Below are positions 57,976 to 64,000 of a stretch of DNA of 64,000 nucleotides, piece after piece. Within the stretch, counting starts at the first letter, position 1; each line of letters starts with the position of its first letter. The DNA comes from Rhynchopus sp. YZ270_cl-10 (Eukaryota): contig OZ037844.1 in the NCBI GenBank assembly GCA_964035575.1, positions 1,178,001 through 1,242,000 of the forward strand, in the 5' to 3' direction. Under the pieces are notes generated by a model. That model saw only the letters and a program-made list of their open reading frames with translations, was not told where the DNA came from and made no database searches. The translations under genes and the position numbers were made by a program.

Positions 57976-58851
57976 CAGAGCTCGCGCTAAAGTCCATCCC
58001 TCATCCCGGGATTTTTGGGGGTTTTGGTAGGAACGTTTTTTTTTTGCAGTACGGGGATTTCATTAAGAAACCAGAAGTTCTAATATTGTTGAGTCAGACC
58101 ACCACATAGTGGACTTGCATATACATGTGACCCCGCCGTGGAACGCAATTGGCTCGGAAAGTCAAAAGAAAGAGGAGAAAAAAGAAAAGGAAAAAAAAAA
58201 AAAAAAGTTGGTTACCGTGCGCCTGCGGCGCTGCCTGTTCCCTTCCAGTTTCTACAGGCAAACACTTGCCCCCTTTACCTTACACTGACGGGTTTTGACC
58301 AAAACCAAGAACTTGTCCATTTCGGCAAATTGACCCCACCACAGAACGGACGAATTCCGGAAATGCAAATGCCGGTGTTTTCGCGCATTTTCATGTTGCA
58401 AGACGTCAGGATCAGGGAGAGAAAATCTGGTTGTGGGATTTACATTGGCCCTCTTTACCCACATGGATTTTGACCAAAACCAAAAAATTGGCCATTTCGG
58501 CAAAGTGACCCCACCACAGCGCGGACGGATTCCGGAAATTCCAATCGCGGTATGTTTTGGGGCTGAAAACCCACTGATTTTCAGGAGAAAAATTGCTTCC
58601 AAATCTCGGAATTTTCCGAATTTTCCTGAAAATGACCCTTGTTTACGAGTATGGGTTCATATTTTGCGAAAATTTAAGTCACTAAAATTTTGTCCATTTT
58701 TCCGTATATACCCCACCACAAGCCGGGATTGGCCCGGAAATGCCACAAAACGGGGTTTCCGGGCCTCCCCAGCTAACCTTTTCAAGGAACGTTTTTCCGT
58801 ACCCGAAATCCATTTTTTCCCCATTTTTTCCCATAATTAGCGCGACCACTG
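57976..58851. mobile_element. hAT-like MITE
   Basis: TIR CAG(A/T)G(C/G)TCGCGCTAA. 8-bp TSD GATGGGGA at 57968-57975 and 58852-58859. Confidence 0.85.
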
Positions 58852-60096
58852 GATGGGGATGAATGCATGTCATCCCCTCGTCTGTTATTCGAAACGTCGC
58901 GGGTGATTCAACATCTGTTTTATTATTTATTATTTTTATTTTTATTGGAATAAGGAATAAGGCTTGTAGCTGCGTCACCGCTTGGGGTTCACCTGCTTCA
59001 TAAGAATAACAAAGGGCTGAGTGCGTGGCGAGCTATATACCTCCCTCTCTCTCTCTCAGTGTCAGAGAAAATAGCAGAAAAAAAAAAAATGTTTGACTCT
59101 GAAAAAAAAAAAAAAAAAAACAAACAAACAAACAAACAACACAAAAAAAAAAGCTACAACAGCACTAAAAAAAGCGAGGAATATCCAGGGTGTTAGGCTG
59201 GCACTTTTGGCTGGTCCGCGGACCAGCAAAAAGGTGCCACGCTCATACTCCTCGGGGGTCTACCAAATGCAAACGAAGTTTTCAAAAAAAAAAAAAAAAC
59301 CAAAAAAGCAAAAAAAAAAACAGGGAGCACAACAGGGTAGCCCAATATGCTGCAGCCATATTGTTTTCTCTCTCTCTCTTTGGCTCCCTTCAAAACGAAA
59401 CAGGAAAAAAAAAATAGTGGAGTTCATCCTCGGGTGTCTACACTAATACAACCAAGTTTTCAAAAAAAGAAAAAAAAAGCACCTTGTTTATTTGACATAC
59501 GGTGATCGTCGATGCAAAAAAAAAGAAAAAGAAAAAAAGAAAAAAAAAAAGCAAAACAAACAGAGATACGGATTTCATCGAGTAGCCACATCTTCTTTAG
59601 TTCTACTCAGGGATGATACAACAGAACAATTTCAATTTTTTTTTAAAAATATATTTTCATCCCCCTAATTTCCCCCCATTTTCACAAAAAAAAATCATCT
59701 GATTGCTTGGCCAAGATATCAATCAGCACAATGCCACACACTTCATGCATTCATTTTGTTTTTCTGTACACTTTCACGATGCACCATTTTCTTTTTACAC
59801 ACAAAACCGTGGCTTCTTTTTCTAGTGATAGTCATACATTTGACAAAATTCTTCATACAGGGTGCATGACATTGTGTTGACCCTCTCAAATACTTTCAAT
59901 TCTGTGAACTGAAAGTATATGAATCTAATTCATACACAACACACCACAACACTAACGAGCCATATCCTGCACAAGAATTACCCTCACTATACATCACGAC
60001 ACAAACACACACCATCTTTCCTAATGGGAAGGACTATCAGTTTCCTTAAAAATAGACGGTTCCCCTCCCCCCTCCCTTCCCCCCCTTAAAAGACAA

Positions 60097-63000
60097 ATGG
60101 AAAATCACGAAAAAACCTACGAACGTTGGGCAGCCTCATGTGAAGATGTGGAGGTGTTCCAGAAGGCGCTTGCGTTAGGAGCCTGCACAGTGTGTGCTGT
60201 GGCGGTGGCTGGATGCAAGGAGATCACAAAGCTTATCACGGTGTCAGAAGAGTGTATTGCTGAGGAGGCGTCGCCGTGCCCTATTTGCTGCGGTTGTGTT
60301 ACGCAATTGGCGACGATTGTGGCGGATTTAATGGTGTCTGTGGACACATGGAATTATGTTGATGTCACTGCAGCCTCACCGTGCATTACAGTGCCTCGTT
60401 CTGTTGCTGTCCGGTCTGCGGTGTTTGTGTATTCACTGAAAGGGATGTATGCGGGGATCAGCCGAACGATTCGCGAATTTCTCGAAAAATTTTTCGACCC
60501 GAGGAGCATTTTGTGCGACGCTGTGGCGCACGTCTGCTCCTTGAAAGGGGTGCCTATTAGCGCAACCCCGCCAGATGTGTTGATAAATGTTGTTTGCAGT
60601 CTCCCTGAGGCGGATATAGGGTTTGATGATTGCTGGGCAAAGATCGACCCAAACAAGCCCCGGAGAAAGGACAAATCCATGCACAACTACAAAAACAGTA
60701 AGTGGCACACAGGGCCGTCGCACAAAGGTGGTGCTACCGATGAAGTGCCCATCAACTGGCCCTCCATGTCTGTCGTCAACGATGGTCTCCGTGCGCACGC
60801 ACCAGAAATGATCCCAAAGTTCGGCGACCCCCTCCCCGCCCCGCAGCAGCGCCCTTCCACAGTCATCACAACAGAGCGTAGTGCTCTGCTCCTTGCAGGG
60901 CGATACCTCAAGTACGACAGGGAAATGCCGCAGACTCCGTGGTTAATTAACGGTGCAAGGTAATGTACACATTTTTCAAAAAAAAAAAAAACCTCTTAGC
61001 GCAGGGAAGTTCCTAAGTGGGACCGAGAACATGAAATTCTGGATTTTAGTTTTTTTTTCCTTTTTTTTTTTCCTTTTTTCCTTGGGGGGCTTTCTTGTGG
61101 TTTCTGGTGGGTTTCACTGTAGGTGACACACCACCAGTGTGGTGAAATGGTCGAACCTCTCAAAAGCAAGAGTTTTCAGGGGGCAAGAAAAAAAAAAATT
61201 GACACCAAAATCCTGCACCATCCAGGGCTGTATCCCCAATTTTTTTTGTCTGCGGCGCCATTTTTTATTTTTTGCTCTGCAAAAAAGGGTTCGTTGGAAG
61301 CTAGATTTTTACATCGTACCTAAAAATTTTTGCCTGCGGCGCCATTTATATTATTTTTTTGCTCCGCAAAAAGAGAAGTGCAAACGCCTCACCGTTCATC
61401 GGCGGAAGCACTGGTTCCACGGGTTATCGAACCCCAGAGAGCACTTCATTGGCATGCACACGGTTACCACGAGGAAGCGTGTATGCAGGTACAAAATCAC
61501 TGCCCCATCCAAATAATCTTCCCAACGTCTTTGGGGATCCCCTTGCATTTTGCAGCCAAAATGCAACTAGACCAAAGCTGCAAAAAGTTCCGCGCGCGTG
61601 TAGCGCGCCCGGGTTTGGGACCCCTTTTTGAATTTCGAGGGGCGGTTAAAGTGGGCCCAGAATCACAGTTCTGACACTCATTTAGCATTGTGAGCAACTC
61701 ACTAGTGGTCGTGACCACAATTTGTATCAATCAAGAACTTGTCCATTTTCTCGAAATGACCCCACTACAGTGAGGGTAGAGCTCGGAAAGCCCGAAAAAG
61801 GGCAAAAAACCCCACCCAAAAAAAGGAAAAAAACGGGAACATAAATCCAGAATTTTGTTGTTTTTCCCGAGAACAAGGGGCAACCCTGTCTTAGCGAGTA
61901 TAGAAAGGACAGCACTGCTCTGATTAAAAAGGTTATTTTTTCAAGCTTTTTTTTTGACCTCAAAATGTCCCAAAATATCAAAAAAATCTCCAAAAACCCG
62001 CCGGAAAATGGTTATTGGGGTGGTTCTGCGTTAAGGATCACATTGTGTGTTCAAAAAACCTACTTCGGGCGTTGAATAAATGCACCGATTTTTTTCTCTC
62101 AAACTTTTGTTTTATCTTTTTCCCCTTTTCACAGAATGGGTGTCAGCAGTCTGCAGGAACAGCTTGTAGAACCTATTCTGACGCATCTGTTCCCTCATGG
62201 CCTGCAGTCCATTGGCGAACCCTCACAGAAGAAGCAGCGTGTCAACCAGTCCGACGCAGCTGTCAAGAGCATAGGCGGAACCAAGGTACGACCACAACCC
62301 CATTCCTCATTTACCCCAAGCTACGCTTGACCCTATCTTACCAAGCATTCAAAAAAAGCGAATGAGAATAACGCAATGTAAATATCTTCTGCAACAATTC
62401 AAGCTTTCCCCCCATTTCCCATAGTTTTTGTATCTGGATGCTTTCATCCAGCTGGCATCGTACGTGAATCAGCGGGAGGTGCCCTGCATCAACAACTTTT
62501 TCACTTTGTATTTCAAGTCAAATTTGTTTACATTCCCTCAATTTTCATTCTCCATTCCTTTTTTTTTTTAAACAGTTCCACGCTGCTGGCCGCGAGGATA
62601 TGGATGTACGGATGTTTGGCAGCGGGCGTCCTTTTATGCTTGAGGTGCCGAATCCACAGAAGACGCATTTTGGTGGTGACGCGCTGCTGGCGATGGAGGC
62701 TGCCATCAACAACTCAAATGGGGCGGCAGAGGTGGTGGAAGGGAGCATGAAGCTTGTTGAGAAGGAGCACTTCCTCTCGCTCTCAGAGGCAAGCGAGAGC
62801 AAGCGGAAGCACTACCGCAGTGTGGTCTGGGTTGCCCGCGACGTCACCCCCGAGATGGTCGCGCGCCTCACACTCAACGAAGTGGATATCGAGCAGAAAA
62901 CGCCGCTCCGTGTACTCCACAGACGCACCCTTCTCTCTCGCACCAAGACAGTCCACTCCATGACCGTCAGCAGCGTCATCAACAAACATTGGATCGTGCT

Positions 63001-63145
63001 AGACATCATCACCCAAGCGGGGACATACATCAAAGAGTTTGTCTGTGGAGACAGAGGACGCACGACACCGTCAGTAGCCTCCCTATGCGACTCACCAGTA
63101 GACATACTACAGCTTGATGTCATAGATGTATTCTGTGATTTGTAG
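60097..63145 (+). CDS. PUS10: tRNA pseudouridine synthase Pus10; exons 60097-60959, 62135-62285, 62576-63145
   Basis: N-terminal CxxC pairs, GRYLKYDREMPQTPW, catalytic FHAAGREDMDVRM, QKTPLRVLHRR, TQAGTYIKEFVCGDRGRTTPS. In-phase GT-AG introns. Confidence 0.95.
61002..61888. mobile_element. hAT-like MITE in Pus10 intron 1
   Basis: CAGGG...CCCTG termini. 8-bp TSD TCTTAGCG at 60994-61001 and 61889-61896. Confidence 0.75.
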
Positions 63146-64000
63146 GTTAACGTTTACTGTACGAATCCACCCCACCCTTTTGCAATGAACAACCAAGCAT
63201 TTTTTTCTGAATTTTTTTTTTATTCCTACGAAGCTTGCTTTAAAGGGGAAATAGTATTACCGGTACGGTCGCCAATCATCCCTCAAACAGGAGGATTGTG
63301 CAATCAACGAAAAAAAAACCTTTTTTCCTTTTACTTACCTACCGATCCTACTATTTTTTTTTCAGTACCTGCGTCCGATGCACGGTGATGCGTATGCACT
63401 TTCTCTTTTGAAAACTTGGTTGTATTAGTGTAGACACCCGAGGATGAACTCCACTATATATTTTTTTTTAAAAATAGCAGCGTTAAAATAGCAACTCTCT
63501 GATGTGACGTTTTTTGAGGAGTAGTCAGCTCTGTACTGAAATTGGGGGTGAGGGTGTCCCGATTCTTCTGCAATACGGACAGAGTAAAAAGAAAAAAGGG
63601 TTCCCATCAGGAAAATAAAATGTCAAACCAAAGTTTCATCTCTGCGCTTAGCGACACTGAGATATCCTACTAGCCCTGAGGATGGACCTTTGAAGACAGA
63701 AGGCATCTCTTTGGTGTTTCGAGACAGTCAACAACACAAAAAAAAGTAGTGCAAAGGCTTCGGCCAACATTGAGTACAGACCCTAGGTTCTCCAAGCGGG
63801 TCCTGAGGTAATTTGTCGACAAAAAAAAAGCTGCAATGGAGTCAATGCTATGAGTGATTCATAACGGCTTTTTTATATGGGGTCGGAGGAATGGATGGGT
63901 CGATCTAGACTCGTTTCTGCCCCTCCGTTTCGAAATAATGAAAAAAAGAGGCAGTTTTTTGTCAATCTCTTTTGATTTTTTGTAAATTAAATTCCTGCCA

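Overview
Eukaryotic DNA with GT-AG introns, most likely euglenozoan (diplonemid-like), inferred from a DUF1935-type calpain, an Ingi/L1Tc-like LINE and a VIPER-like retroelement. Bases 1-22.7 kb are a nested transposon island: a disrupted LINE, P-like MITEs (7-bp TSD), tandem Helentron-like units, a CACTA-like element and a 38-bp satellite. Bases 23-64 kb hold five + strand genes (YFH7-like P-loop kinase, intronless ankyrin protein, Tousled-like kinase, calpain-C2, Pus10). Interspersed are an intact minus-strand LINE, hAT-like and CACTA-like non-autonomous elements, two Crypton-like split-palindrome elements and a degenerate tyrosine-recombinase (YR) retrotransposon. Main observations: (1) the intact 8.8-kb LINE combines a predicted 5' HDV-like ribozyme, an ORF1 overlapping ORF2 by ~1 kb in the -1 frame, a polyQ-2A StopGo upstream of APE-RT-RNaseH, and a 2.5-kb 3'UTR with a duplicated structured module; (2) it sits in an ankyrin cassette bounded by 67-bp direct repeats; (3) non-autonomous DNA elements of three TSD classes reuse the same bodies with different termini; (4) two unrelated intronic elements share an IR-core-IR plus foldback architecture, one with a Crypton-type YR fragment. 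All calls are by eye, and superfamily names are inferred from termini, TSDs and motifs.
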